64,000 bases of DNA from a bacterium (GTDB lineage: Bacteria; UBA8248; JACPRG01; G963555815): assembly GCA_965261595.1 (NCBI GenBank), contig CBDHDG010000003.1, positions 256,001 through 320,000 on the forward strand, given 5' to 3'. Made by a program: the position numbers and the translations under genes. Of this stretch, positions 21,623 to 32,049 are shown piece after piece (within the stretch, counting starts at the first letter, position 1; the number at the start of each line of letters is the position of its first letter). The notes beneath the pieces are model-generated. The model worked only from the letters and a program-made list of their open reading frames with translations. It was not told the origin of the DNA and made no database searches.

Positions 21623-23349
21623 AGGTCGCGATTTACGCCCGCAAATCGACGGAACAAACCGGGGCAGGAGAGGAACAAAAATCCGTTGCCCGGCAGATTC
21701 AGCACTCCCGAGAATATGCGGCGGGCAAGGGATGGACAGTCCTTGATGAGTGCGTCTTTTCGGACGATGGAATCAGCGGGGCCGAATTCCAGAAGCGGCC
21801 CGGTTTCCTCCGTCTGATGAACAGCTTGAAGCCACGGCCCCCGTTCCAAGTTCTCGTAATGTCGGAGGAATCGAGGTTGGGGCGCGAGGCCATCGAGACC
21901 GGGTACGTATTGAAGCAAATCCTTGACGCGGGAGTGCGCGTTTTTCACTACCTGGAGAACCGGGAACGCACGCTCGATTCGGCCATGGATAAGGTGATGC
22001 TCAGTCTTGTGAATTTCGCCTCCGAGATGGAAAGAGAACGGGCCAAGACCCGGACCCATGACGCGCTCCTTGACAGGGCGAAAAGGGGATACGTCACCGG
22101 GGGGACGGTGTACGGATACTCGAATCGGGAAATCCTCACGACTGAGACGGCGACGGACGGAAGCAGGGAAAGAAGCCATGTTTTGCGGGAGATTCATTCC
22201 GAACAGGCAGACACCGTGCGCCGGATATTTGGACTTTACGTTGACGGTCTGGGGTTCAAGCGAATCGCAAAACGCCTCAACGACGACGGAATCCAACCCC
22301 CCGGAAAGCGGTCCACCACATGGGCACCCTCCGCAATCCGGGAAATCCTTTTGCGCCCCCCTATACCGGGGTGAAATCGTCTGGAACAAGACGCAGAGAA
22401 TCGACCGTGCGGGGACCAAGGCGCAAAGAACCCGGCCCGAAAGCGAGTGGGTGAGGTTCACCAGGGCGGAACTTCGAATCCTACCCGATGCCCTTTGGGA
22501 ACGCGCCCAGGAGGTTCTTGAGCAGGCCCGCAAGACCCATTACGGAAAAGAAACGTCGCCAGGCGGAAGGGCTTTCCGGGCTTCCCGCCATCACCACGGG
22601 TCGCCCTACCTGTTGACGGGATTCGCCAAATGCACGGAATGCGGAAGCTCGATCATCTCCGTCTCCCGGAGCCACGGCAAGCAACGCGCCCACTTTTACG
22701 GGTGCAGTTATTACCATACCCGAGGGACACCAGCTTGCACGAACGCCGTTCAAATGCGCCAGGAGATCGTAAACCCCGCCATCATCGAGGCCATAAGCGC
22801 ACCGCTCAGCCCGGAGATCATTGAGGTATCCATTCAACGGGCGATAGAGAAAATCCGGGATAGTCAATCAGGCCAGAACGTAGACGCAAAGGCCCTGGAA
22901 AAGCGAATCGCAGAAAGCGAGGCCCGGGAAAGGAATCTCATCGAAGCCGTGAAGCAAGGCGAGGCCCCCCAGGCCCTTTTGCGGCCCTCAGAGACGAAGA
23001 GGCCACAAGGGGAAGCCTACAAGCCGAACTGGACCGGCTGGCAAGCCTTCGCCAGTCCTCATCCCTTGACCTGAAGCGTATCGAAAAGATCATCAGAAGG
23101 CGGGTCGAGGATGTCCAAGGAGTGCTCGGACGGCATATCCCCGAATCCAGGCGTATCATGAAAACCCTACTCGTCGGACGAATGGAATTCACGCCTATCA
23201 TTGAAGCGTATACAAGGGGTTACGCATTCAAAGGCAGGGCTTCGCTTGGCGGCTTGTTGGCGGGAACCGCCCATACCAAAGAGGTTGGTAGCCCCAACGG
23301 GAATCGAACCCGTGTTTCTGCCTTGAGAGGGCAGCGTCCTAACCGCTAG
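21619..23349 (+). pseudogene. Large serine recombinase/integrase with frameshifts near 22357 and 22980
   Basis: AIYARKST, DDGISGA, SRLGR, recombinase domain, zinc ribbon CTECG..CSYYH..C, coiled coil; C-terminus reads through antisense tRNA-Glu. Confidence 0.9.
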
Positions 23350-23360
23350 ACGATGGGGCC
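23286..23360 (-). tRNA. tRNA-Glu (CTC)
   Basis: GGCCCCATCGTCTAGCGGTTAGGACGCTGCCCTCTCAAGGCAGAAACACGGGTTCGATTCCCGTTGGGGCTACCA; cloverleaf with encoded CCA. Confidence 0.97.
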
Positions 23361-23384
23361 GCGGCGGAGGGGTAGGATTAATTC

Positions 23385-23458
23385 TGGCTGGGGAGCAAGG
23401 ATTCGAACCTTGGTTTTCTGATCCAGAGTCAGACGTCTTGCCGCTGGACCACTCCCCA
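23385..23458 (-). tRNA. tRNA-Gln (CTG)
   Basis: TGGGGAGTGGTCCAGCGGCAAGACGTCTGACTCTGGATCAGAAAACCAAGGTTCGAATCCTTGCTCCCCAGCCA. Confidence 0.97.
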
Positions 23459-23539
23459 GCCGAAAATGCCCATTAAATGTAACGTTCCCGGCCGGGCCGG
23501 TCAACAATTCTTTCGGAAAAAGAGGCCAGTTTCCTCTTG

Positions 23540-24961
23540 TCAATCTTCCGCTTGGAGGGCGTGCGCGACGGCGCGATCCAGGCGGGCGAGGGTTTCGTCT
23601 TTCCCCAGGATCGCCAGCACTTCCGTGATGGGGGGGCTGACGATCACGCCCGTCGCGGCGACGCGGGCGGGTTGGGCGACGGCGACGAGCTTGACCCCCT
23701 CCGCCTCGACGATCCCTTGAAGCACGCCGTGGATGGCCGCCTCTTCGAAGTCAGGCAGCTCGGCGAGGAGGGAACGAAGTCTCCCGAGCCGCTCCCCGCT
23801 TTCGGCCGTCAGAAACTTGCGCGCGGCCTTTTCGTCGTACTCGAAATCGGATCGGTAGAAATACCGCGCCGATCGGGCCAGCTCCTTCAATGTCCGAGAG
23901 CGTTCCTGAAGGCTGCGGATGATTTGATGAAGGCGGGCGTCACCCTCCGGGTCCCGGGGGAACGCGACGCCCACCTCTTCAAGATAGGGCGCCAGGAGGG
24001 GGGCCAGTCCGGCCGGGTCCATTTGGTTAATGTGCCGGGAGTTCACCCAGAGGAGCTTGTCCAGATCGAAGATGGCCGAGGAAGTCCCGATGGGCCCCAG
24101 ATCGAAGAGCCGGATGATCTCCTCGCGGGAGAAGATCTCCTGGTCGCCGTGGGACCATCCCAGGCGGACGAGGTAGTTGATCAGGGCTTCCGGGAGAAAT
24201 CCGTCGCGCGGGTACTCCTGGACCGACGTCGCCCCGTGGCGCTTGCTGAGGCGCTTTTTGTCCGGCCCCAGGATCAGCGGGACGTGGGCGAACTCGGGCA
24301 GCGCAAGGCCGAGCCCATTGTAGATCATGGCCTGCCGGGGGGTGTTGGCCAGGTGGTCGTCCCCCCGGATGACGTGGGAGATCCGCATGTCCACGTCATC
24401 GACGACGACGACGAAGTTGTACGTCGGCGTCCCGTCGCTGCGGACGATGATCATGTCGTCGAGCTGGGCGTTCTCAAACGTCACGTCTCCGCGCAAGAGG
24501 TCGCGGATGACGGTCTGCCCTTCCTCGGGAGCGGCGAAGCGAAGGACATGGGGAAGGTCCGGTTCGTCCGTCCGGCGGCGGCACCGGCGGTCGTAGCGCG
24601 GGGGTTTCTTCTCGGCCCGGGCCCGCTCTCGCATCTCCTCCAGCTCTTCGGGGGTGCAGTAGCACCGGTAGGCCTTGCCCTCGGCCAGGAGCCGCTCGGC
24701 GTTTTCCGTATAGATGGCCTGGCGCTCAGATTGGCGGTGCGGCCCTTCGTCCCAGTCCACGCCGAGCCAGCCGAGGCCGTCCAGGATCTGGCCGATCGAC
24801 GCCTCGGTGGACCGCTCCCGGTCGGTGTCCTCGATGCGCAGGATGAACGTTCCGCCGTGACGCCGGGCGAAAAACCAATTGAACAACGCCGTGCGGACCC
24901 CGCCGATGTGGAGGAACCCCGTCGGGCTGGGGGCGAAGCGGACGCGGATCTCAGTGCTCAC
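23540..24961 (-). CDS. gltX: Glutamate--tRNA ligase
   Basis: RFAPSPTGFLHIGG, LRIEDTD, HVIRGDDH, KRLSKRHG; adjacent to tRNA-Gln and tRNA-Glu. Confidence 0.97.
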   Translation of the reverse strand: MSTEIRVRFAPSPTGFLHIGGVRTALFNWFFARRHGGTFILRIEDTDRERSTEASIGQILDGLGWLGVDWDEGPHRQSERQAIYTENAERLLAEGKAYRCYCTPEELEEMRERARAEKKPPRYDRRCRRRTDEPDLPHVLRFAAPEEGQTVIRDLLRGDVTFENAQLDDMIIVRSDGTPTYNFVVVVDDVDMRISHVIRGDDHLANTPRQAMIYNGLGLALPEFAHVPLILGPDKKRLSKRHGATSVQEYPRDGFLPEALINYLVRLGWSHGDQEIFSREEIIRLFDLGPIGTSSAIFDLDKLLWVNSRHINQMDPAGLAPLLAPYLEEVGVAFPRDPEGDARLHQIIRSLQERSRTLKELARSARYFYRSDFEYDEKAARKFLTAESGERLGRLRSLLAELPDFEEAAIHGVLQGIVEAEGVKLVAVAQPARVAATGVIVSPPITEVLAILGKDETLARLDRAVAHALQAED

Positions 24962-25090
24962 TGGGGACTCGTCTCCTTACAGGGAAATTTCATTTTTGCT
25001 CCGCGGGAAATGGCCGTTCTTTTTTCGGCGAAAGATTTCTCGCGCCGCATGTTTCCTTCGCCGGCGCGAGATCCCCCTCAATGTGTCGCC

Positions 25091-25975
25091 CTACAACAAG
25101 AACGTCAAGACGGCCGGCGTCGTCACCAGACTGAAGAGCGTCGAGATCCACACCGTCGACGCCACGAGCTCGGGGTTTCTGTCGAATTTCTGGGCGAAAA
25201 TGAAGTTGATGACGGCGGAGGGCATGCTGAAGGCCAGAATGAGGGCGCCCCGGGGCACGCCCTCGATCCCCAACAGGGCCGTGGCGGCCCATGCGAGAGA
25301 GAAGCCGCCCGCGATGCGGAGAAACGCCGCCGCCGAGGCGAGCCGGTAGGCGGTGAGCTCAACATGGACCAGCCGGTATCCGAGGGAGAAGAGCATAAAG
25401 CCGATGCCGGCGTTGCCCATGATCTCGATCGGACGAAAAATGTACACGGGGACCTCCCAACCCATCATCGAGACGACGATCCCGGCGATGGCGGTATAGG
25501 TCATCGGGAGCTTGAGGGCCTCGCGCGAGTTCTCCGACCCCCGGCTGATGATGGCGATGCCCAGGGTGTAGTGGGTCAACGCGTTGACCGAGAAGATGAT
25601 GACGGCGAGCGCCAGGCCCTCCTGTCCGAAGGCGAACAGGCACAGGGGCATGGACATGTTGCCCGCGTTGGGAAACATGATGGGCAGATACAGCCCCTTG
25701 ACGTCATCGCGAAAAAACCGCAGGAAAACCGCCGCCAGAACCCACATGCCCAGGATGATGACGAACCCCGCGAGGAAGATCAGGCCGAAGGTCTTCGGCG
25801 GGAGAACGCTTTTGGAGAGCGCCGCAAAGGCCAAGCATGGCGATCCGACGTAAACGACCACATCGGTCAGCGTGGTCAGGTCGATCTTCTTGAACCGGCC
25901 GAACAGCCACCCCAGGCCGAGGAGGAAAAACACCGGGAAGACGGTCGAGAACACTTTTGCGGCCAAGATGGACAT
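25091..25975 (-). CDS. AEC (auxin efflux carrier) family transporter
   Basis: Polytopic; FPNAGNMSMPLC, SMPSAV, STLFSLVTTP. Confidence 0.85.
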   Translation of the reverse strand: MSILAAKVFSTVFPVFFLLGLGWLFGRFKKIDLTTLTDVVVYVGSPCLAFAALSKSVLPPKTFGLIFLAGFVIILGMWVLAAVFLRFFRDDVKGLYLPIMFPNAGNMSMPLCLFAFGQEGLALAVIIFSVNALTHYTLGIAIISRGSENSREALKLPMTYTAIAGIVVSMMGWEVPVYIFRPIEIMGNAGIGFMLFSLGYRLVHVELTAYRLASAAAFLRIAGGFSLAWAATALLGIEGVPRGALILAFSMPSAVINFIFAQKFDRNPELVASTVWISTLFSLVTTPAVLTFLL

Positions 25976-26271
25976 TCAGCGGCATCCCGCGCTTCGGGGT
26001 CGGTGGGAAATGGTGTAGATTGCCGGAGTCGATGGATTCGGCAAAGGACCGCGAAATCTTACCGCAGGAATTCCGCTCTGGCAAAAGCGGGGCGGATGTC
26101 GGTCCGGGTGTCGAGGAGCAAGCCTTCGGCGATTCGGGGGTAGGGGGAGGGGGGGAGAGACCCGGTGGGCGAGTTTATGGGGAAGGCCGTCGGCGGTGCG
26201 CGCGCCGAGACAGGGCGCGGCCGGTTCGTTTGTCACCCCGTTCAGGCCTCAATCCTCCCGAGGCTCTTCCC

Positions 26272-27519
26272 ATGAATCGGCGCGCCGTTTCGGCCTGGGC
26301 CTTTTACGACTTTGCCAACTCCGCCTATCCCACCGTCATCGTAACGGTCGCCTACAGCATCTATTTCAAGACCGTCGTCGCCGGCGGCGGGAGCGGCGGG
26401 GGCGCGGGGGATTTCTACTGGGGGCTCGCGATATCCCTCTCCATGCTTTTCGTCGCCGCGACCGCCCCGTTCCTCGGCGCCCTGGCCGACGTCTCCGGGG
26501 CCAAGAAGACATTCCTCGGGTTCTTCGGCGGGCTTTGCGTCGTTTTCACCGGTCTCCTCTTTTTCGTCGAGAAGGGGGACGTCCTGACCGGCGTCCTGTT
26601 CTTTGTCATCGCCAACATCGGGTTCGAGGCCAGCCTGGTTTTCTACAACGCCTTTGTTCCCGAGATCGCCGATCCGGCGGACTATGGAAAAGTTTCCGGG
26701 TGTGGCTGGGGGTTCGGGTACGTCGGGGGGCTTCTCTGTCTTCTCTGGGTCCTGCCCCTGATCCAAGGGGGATTCGCGCCGGAAAACCTCCCCAATTTCA
26801 GGATGGCGTTCTTGCGCGTCGCGATTTTCTATGCCGTGTTCTCCATCCCGACAATGCTCTGGCTGCGTGAACGAAAGACCGGGGGGGCTCCGGCTGCGTG
26901 GCCCGAGCGGATCCGGAAGGGGTGGATTCAGCTCCGCGATACGTTTCAGCATATCCGCCGCCTCAAGGGCCTTTTTCGGTTTCTGATCGCGTTTCTCCTC
27001 TATAACGATGGCATCGCGACGGTCATCGCGTTCAGCGCCATTTTCGCCGTCGGGACGCTTGGCTTCTCCGTTGCGGATGTGACGGTCCTGTTTATCGCGG
27101 TGCAGGCTTCGGCCTGCGTGGGGGCGTTCGCCTTCGGATTCGTCGCTGATCGGCTGGGCGCGAAGAAGACGATCCTCTATCTCCTCGCGCTTTGGTGCGG
27201 GGTGGTCCTCGCCGCCTTTTTCACCCGGACGCAGGCCCAGTACTTCGCGGTGGCGATGGTGGCGGGGGTGGGACTGGGCTCCGTGCAGTCGGCCAGCCGC
27301 AGCTTGATGGCGCTGTTCATTCCGGAGGGCAAAGCCGGGGAGTTTTACGGTTTCTACGGTGTGTGCGGGAAGCTGTCCGCGATATTCGGACCGATCACCT
27401 TCGGCGCCGTCTCGGCATGGACCGGAAGTCAGCGGGTGGCCGTTCTATCCGTGATGGTTTTCTTTTTGGCGGGGATGGCCGTGCTCTGGGGGGTCCGGGT
27501 GGAGAAGATGGACGTATAG
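26272..27519 (+). CDS. MFS transporter (UMF1/Atg22-like)
   Basis: WAFYDFANSAY, FYNAFVPEI, GFGYVGG, LYNDGIAT, QSASRS. Confidence 0.88.
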   Translation: MNRRAVSAWAFYDFANSAYPTVIVTVAYSIYFKTVVAGGGSGGGAGDFYWGLAISLSMLFVAATAPFLGALADVSGAKKTFLGFFGGLCVVFTGLLFFVEKGDVLTGVLFFVIANIGFEASLVFYNAFVPEIADPADYGKVSGCGWGFGYVGGLLCLLWVLPLIQGGFAPENLPNFRMAFLRVAIFYAVFSIPTMLWLRERKTGGAPAAWPERIRKGWIQLRDTFQHIRRLKGLFRFLIAFLLYNDGIATVIAFSAIFAVGTLGFSVADVTVLFIAVQASACVGAFAFGFVADRLGAKKTILYLLALWCGVVLAAFFTRTQAQYFAVAMVAGVGLGSVQSASRSLMALFIPEGKAGEFYGFYGVCGKLSAIFGPITFGAVSAWTGSQRVAVLSVMVFFLAGMAVLWGVRVEKMDV

Positions 27520-27553
27520 TTTGAGACGCCCGGCGGCGGAGCCTCGTCCCTCT

Positions 27554-29035
27554 TCAGGCCCTATTCTCCTGGATCATTTCCCGCAGGGTGCTCAACAACT
27601 CCTCGGTTCCGTACGGTTTTGAAACGACCCCTTTGAACCCGTAATCCTGATACGCGGACATGATGGGATCGGTCGAGTACCCGCTGGAGACAATGGCCTT
27701 GACCTCCGGGTCAAAGGCCAACAACTGTTCGATGGCTTCCCGGCCGTCCATCCCGTCCCGGACCGTGAGATCCAAGATGACGCCAACGAACGGGTTGGCG
27801 GAAAGGCTTGCCTTTTTGTAGGCATCAACGGCTTCGGCCCCAGTCGAAGCGACCACCACATCGTATCCAAACCGGCCCAGCAGGGTCTTGAGCAAGTTGC
27901 GAATCATCTCTTCATCGTCCATGACGAGCACCCGGCCGTTGGGGGGGGCTTCCGGGTCCGGGGCTTTTCCCTGCTCCGAAACGGGGTTTTCCGAAATGGG
28001 CAGGTAAATGTTGAAAGTGGAGCCGACCTTCTCTTTGGATTCCACGCGGATGCACCCCTCATGTTTTGCGACGATGGAATGGGCGATGGTCAGACCGAGT
28101 CCGCTTCCATCGGATTTGGTCGTGAAATACGGATCGAAGATGTTGGGGAGGTGGTTTTTCGGTATGCCGACTCCGGCGTCGGATACAGCGATCTTGACGT
28201 ATTTTCCATGTGGAAGAGGCAGGTCATCCCTCGGGCCGAGTGTGCGGGTCTCTCCGCGGACCCTGACCTTTCCGCCCTGGGGCATCGCGTGATGGGCGTT
28301 GAGGATCAGTTGGTGCAGGGCCTGAGTCATCTGTCCATGGTCAATGTTGATCCGCTCGAGCGAAGAGGCGAGAGAAATGTCGCACGGCAGCTTGGAGTTT
28401 CGCGCGGAAAACTCGGCGGCTTCCCGGATGAACCGGTTCGCCTCGATGGTCTTTTTGATGGGGGCGCCTCCCCTCGAGAACGTCAGCAGCTGCTGGGTCA
28501 TGCCCTTTGCGGAAAGGATCGCTTTCTCCGCCGCTGTAATTCGCTCTTTGGCTTCTTTTTCAAGGCCCGAGGATAATTTCACCAGGGCGAGATTCCCCAA
28601 AACCATCGTGAGTATGTTATTGAGATCATGGGCGATCCCGCCGGCAAGCCGACTGACGGCTTCAAGCTTTTTTGCGCGGAGAACCTCCTCCGCAATCTTG
28701 GCCTGGTAAAAGTCATGGGTTTCTTTCAACTCATCCCGCTGTTGGGAAAGCCACCCCTTCGCCGCCCCGATGTAAAAACCCAGGGCCCCGAGAATCAAGG
28801 CGCCCGCAATGGTCATGTCGAGATAGAACGAGGAGTGAGTCCGAAGCTCATAGAAGAACAAGTCGACCGGGGCCTGGGTTCCCCGGAATACAACGAAAAG
28901 TCGGAGCAGGTAGGTTCCAATGGGGACAAAAAGGCCCAGAACCATCCCGGCGAGCCCGAACAGGATCCTGCGTAAAGTCAGCTTGGGAAACCGAAAACGC
29001 CCCCGTTGGGGGTCATCCCGAGTTAGGGCTTTCAT
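27554..29035 (-). CDS. Hybrid sensor histidine kinase/response regulator
   Basis: Two TM segments; LAGGIAHDLNN H-box, DAGVGI, FDPYFTTK, GSGLGL; receiver VLVMDDE..ILDL..KP. Confidence 0.92.
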   Translation of the reverse strand: MKALTRDDPQRGRFRFPKLTLRRILFGLAGMVLGLFVPIGTYLLRLFVVFRGTQAPVDLFFYELRTHSSFYLDMTIAGALILGALGFYIGAAKGWLSQQRDELKETHDFYQAKIAEEVLRAKKLEAVSRLAGGIAHDLNNILTMVLGNLALVKLSSGLEKEAKERITAAEKAILSAKGMTQQLLTFSRGGAPIKKTIEANRFIREAAEFSARNSKLPCDISLASSLERINIDHGQMTQALHQLILNAHHAMPQGGKVRVRGETRTLGPRDDLPLPHGKYVKIAVSDAGVGIPKNHLPNIFDPYFTTKSDGSGLGLTIAHSIVAKHEGCIRVESKEKVGSTFNIYLPISENPVSEQGKAPDPEAPPNGRVLVMDDEEMIRNLLKTLLGRFGYDVVVASTGAEAVDAYKKASLSANPFVGVILDLTVRDGMDGREAIEQLLAFDPEVKAIVSSGYSTDPIMSAYQDYGFKGVVSKPYGTEELLSTLREMIQENRA

Positions 29036-29519
29036 ACGAGCGGATCCAAACACAATGTAAGCAGGGAAAATTTGACCCAACACGCCATGATGAAGCCAAC
29101 ATTTCCAGAATATATTGTATCCAAGATGCACAGCAATAGACGTGAGACCGGGGCGCCCTGTCAATAAAAACGTTTCTAATTAGTAACAGAAGGACTCACC
29201 CTTTCCTTTCATCCGATTTTATTGGATTTTTACTGAAACAGGGCGGCCTCCGGACGGTCCATGTCGGTTTCCATTTTCAAAAATGCTCCCTCATTGTCGC
29301 TGATAATCCAAGCCAAGTGGATTTTTCCGCGGAAATCAAACCGCCGGGCGAGCCCGCGGCGGGGTCATGGTTATGGAGACGTTGGGAGAGTCGGCCCGAA
29401 ATCAGGATGGTCCTTCCATTTCCATCACCACCGTCATTGAGCCGCGGGACCGATTAGTGATAACGTCAACAGGTGCATCGCGCGTTCGTGAGGGGGGGGA
29501 AAGGAGGAGGGGTAATAAT

Positions 29520-30767
29520 TTGCTTTCTGTCGATGACGCCGGACGGCAGGCGATTGAAAAGGCCCCCTTTTTGGGATCGGAAAAGGTCGAGGTTCTCGCG
29601 GCATTGGGGCGCCCGAGCGCCGAAGACGTCGTTGCGGCCTTCAATCATCCCCGGTGGGAAAAGTCCGCCATGGACGGATTCGGTTTCCGGGCGGCCGACA
29701 CCGCGGGGGCCGCGCCCGGGAGTCCCATCGGGCTGAAGATCACCGAGACCCTCACCGCCGGGGGCGAGGCCGGCGGGGCGCTCGGCCCGCACGAAGCCGT
29801 TCGCATCATGACGGGCGCGGTCATGCCCTCGGGGGCGGACGCCGTCGTCCCGCTGGAAGAGGCCCGGGCGGAGGAAGGCGTTCTCCAATTTCAGGTCCCG
29901 GTCCCCGCCGGCCAGTACGTCCGAAATCCAGGCGACGAGATCCGCGCGGGCGCGAGACTGCTGGATCGCGGAGAGGAGGTTCGGCCCGGCCACATTGAAT
30001 CCGTCACGACGATGGGCAGGACCCATCTCGAGGTGGGCCGCAAACCGTCGGTCGCGGTTTTCTCGACGGGCGATGAAGTGATCGAGCCCGAGGACCACCG
30101 AACTGTGGAAGGCGGCTTGGGGCACGGACAGTTTTACTGTTCGATCAATTACTACATGGCCGCCCTGGTCGAACAGGCGGGGGGATCTCCCCTCCGGATG
30201 GGGATCGCCGCCGACACCCGGGAGGCCATCGCGGAGCGGCTCCGCCGGTGCGCCTACGCCGACGCGGTCATCATCACCGGCGGGACAGGCAAAGGGGACA
30301 AAGACCTGGTCGAGCCGGGAATGCGCGAGGCCGGCGCGGCGATGGTCTTCAAGAATGTAGCGATGTGGCCCGGCACGTATTCCGCCTTCGGCCTTCTGGG
30401 CCGCGGCCTGGTGTTCAACGTCCCGGGAAATCCGTCGGCGGCGCACATCTGCTTTGAATTTTTTGTTCGGCCCGCCCTGCGCCGAATGGCCGGATTCCGC
30501 CGACCCTTTCGGGAATTGAGACAGGTCCGCCTCGGCGCTGAAGTCCGCGTCAAGCCTCGGGAGGGCCTGCCGAATTACGTTCGCGGCAGGGTGAAGCACG
30601 ACCCTTCGGACGGATCTTTGGTGGCGATGCCCTGGAAGTCCGAGCCTCTCGCTCCATCGAAGATGAACGCCTTCCTGGTGATCCCCGCCGGGGTGGGGGG
30701 CGTCGAGAAAGGCGGGCGCGCCGCGGCGGCCCTTTTTTCGCCGCCGGACGATGAGGCGGACGGCTGA
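29520..30767 (+). CDS. moeA: Molybdopterin molybdotransferase
   Basis: SAMDGF, RIMTGAVMPSGADAVV, STGDEV, PGNP; TTG start inferred. Confidence 0.92.
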   Translation: MLSVDDAGRQAIEKAPFLGSEKVEVLAALGRPSAEDVVAAFNHPRWEKSAMDGFGFRAADTAGAAPGSPIGLKITETLTAGGEAGGALGPHEAVRIMTGAVMPSGADAVVPLEEARAEEGVLQFQVPVPAGQYVRNPGDEIRAGARLLDRGEEVRPGHIESVTTMGRTHLEVGRKPSVAVFSTGDEVIEPEDHRTVEGGLGHGQFYCSINYYMAALVEQAGGSPLRMGIAADTREAIAERLRRCAYADAVIITGGTGKGDKDLVEPGMREAGAAMVFKNVAMWPGTYSAFGLLGRGLVFNVPGNPSAAHICFEFFVRPALRRMAGFRRPFRELRQVRLGAEVRVKPREGLPNYVRGRVKHDPSDGSLVAMPWKSEPLAPSKMNAFLVIPAGVGGVEKGGRAAAALFSPPDDEADG

Positions 30768-30829
30768 ATTGTGGAAATGAATTCCCGCCTGTTCTATCTT
30801 CATGAGGCGGGGGAACCGGAGAAGGGCCT

Positions 30830-31303
30830 GTGTCCGATCAAGTCGATGTGGAATCGCGCCTGAGAGAGCTCGGGATCGAGCTTCCGGAGCCTCCCGCGCC
30901 GGTGGGCGCTTACGTGGCGGTCAGGAGGTCGGGGCGGCTGCTGTTCGTCTCCGGGCAGCTCCCCCTGGCGGATGGAAAGCCGCGCTTCCTGGGAAAGGTC
31001 GGGGTGGAGTTGAGCGTCGATGAAGGAAAGGCGGCCGCCCGTCTGTGCGCGATCAATGCGCTGGCTCAAATCCGAAAGGCCCTGGGAGGCTGGGCGGGAT
31101 TTGGCGGCCTCGTGAGGCTCAGCGGTTACGTTGCCGGCGCGGAGGATTTTACCGGCCAGGCGCGGGTGATGGACGGCGCGTCCGACCTCTTTGCCGAAGT
31201 CCTGGGCGGAAGGGGGGCGCATGCGCGGCTCGCCATGGGCGGGAGCGCGTTGCCGCTGGGCGTCCCGGTCGAGATTGAGGTGATTGCCGAGGCGGCCGGC
31301 TGA
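30830..31303 (+). CDS. RidA/YjgF-family protein
   Basis: LFVSGQLP, GASDLF, HARLAMG, LPLGVPVEIE. Confidence 0.9.
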   Translation: MSDQVDVESRLRELGIELPEPPAPVGAYVAVRRSGRLLFVSGQLPLADGKPRFLGKVGVELSVDEGKAAARLCAINALAQIRKALGGWAGFGGLVRLSGYVAGAEDFTGQARVMDGASDLFAEVLGGRGAHARLAMGGSALPLGVPVEIEVIAEAAG

Positions 31304-31363
31304 AGGCCCGCCGGCCGGCGCCCCTGTGTTGAAACATCCCGGAACCTTCCGGGGGAAACTCCT

Positions 31364-31939
31364 TTGGCCTCTCGAAAGCGACAGCGCAGGGAATTCGAGG
31401 AATCGGCCCTCGTTCACCTGGACACCATCTACCGGGCCGCGCTGCGGTTGGCCCGGGATCCGGCCGACGCCCGGGACCTATCCCAGGAAGTGTTCCTGCG
31501 CGCCTACCGCTCCTTCCACCAATACGAGCGTGGAACAAACTGCCGGGCCTGGCTGTTCAAGATCCTGAAGAACGCGTTCATCAATCGGGAGCGCTCGATG
31601 ACCCACAGCCGGGCCAATGTCTCGATTGATGACCCGGAGACGGGCGGAGAATCCTGGTTGGAGGAAGCTTCCAAGGAGGCGGGGGGAGGCCCGGAGGACC
31701 GCCTGCTCAGCAAGGTGACGGGAGAGCGGATCAAGGAGGCGGTGGAAAGGCTTCCGGCGAGCTTCCGGCGTATCTTTATCCTGTCCGAAGTGGAGGGGTT
31801 CACGTATAAGGAGATCGCGCGGATTGAGGACTGTCCGCTGGGGACGGTCATGTCCCGCCTGTTCCGCGCCAGACGGGTCTTGCAAGACGCTTTACGGGAG
31901 TATGCGGAAGAACGGGATGTCCAGGTCGAGGAATCCTGA
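31364..31939 (+). CDS. ECF sigma-70 factor
   Basis: DARDLSQEVFLRAY, AWLFKI, TYKEIA..PLGTVMSRLFRAR. Confidence 0.92.
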   Translation: MASRKRQRREFEESALVHLDTIYRAALRLARDPADARDLSQEVFLRAYRSFHQYERGTNCRAWLFKILKNAFINRERSMTHSRANVSIDDPETGGESWLEEASKEAGGGPEDRLLSKVTGERIKEAVERLPASFRRIFILSEVEGFTYKEIARIEDCPLGTVMSRLFRARRVLQDALREYAEERDVQVEES

Positions 31940-32049
31940 GGGGGGGGGGAGGCCGACGGCGTTGCCGCGACGTTCGGCGCAGCCCATCGGGTGTGAAAAC
32001 CGGAGGCGTGGACCGGCCGGAGGAATTCAGTCCGTTGAGGAAGTCTGAG

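Noticed and set aside
23537..26143. 868-aa plus-strand ORF and similar long antisense ORFs (4340-5725, 15657-17291, 36554-37849)
   Set aside because: Shadow frames of real opposite-strand genes in high-GC DNA, with no recognisable motifs
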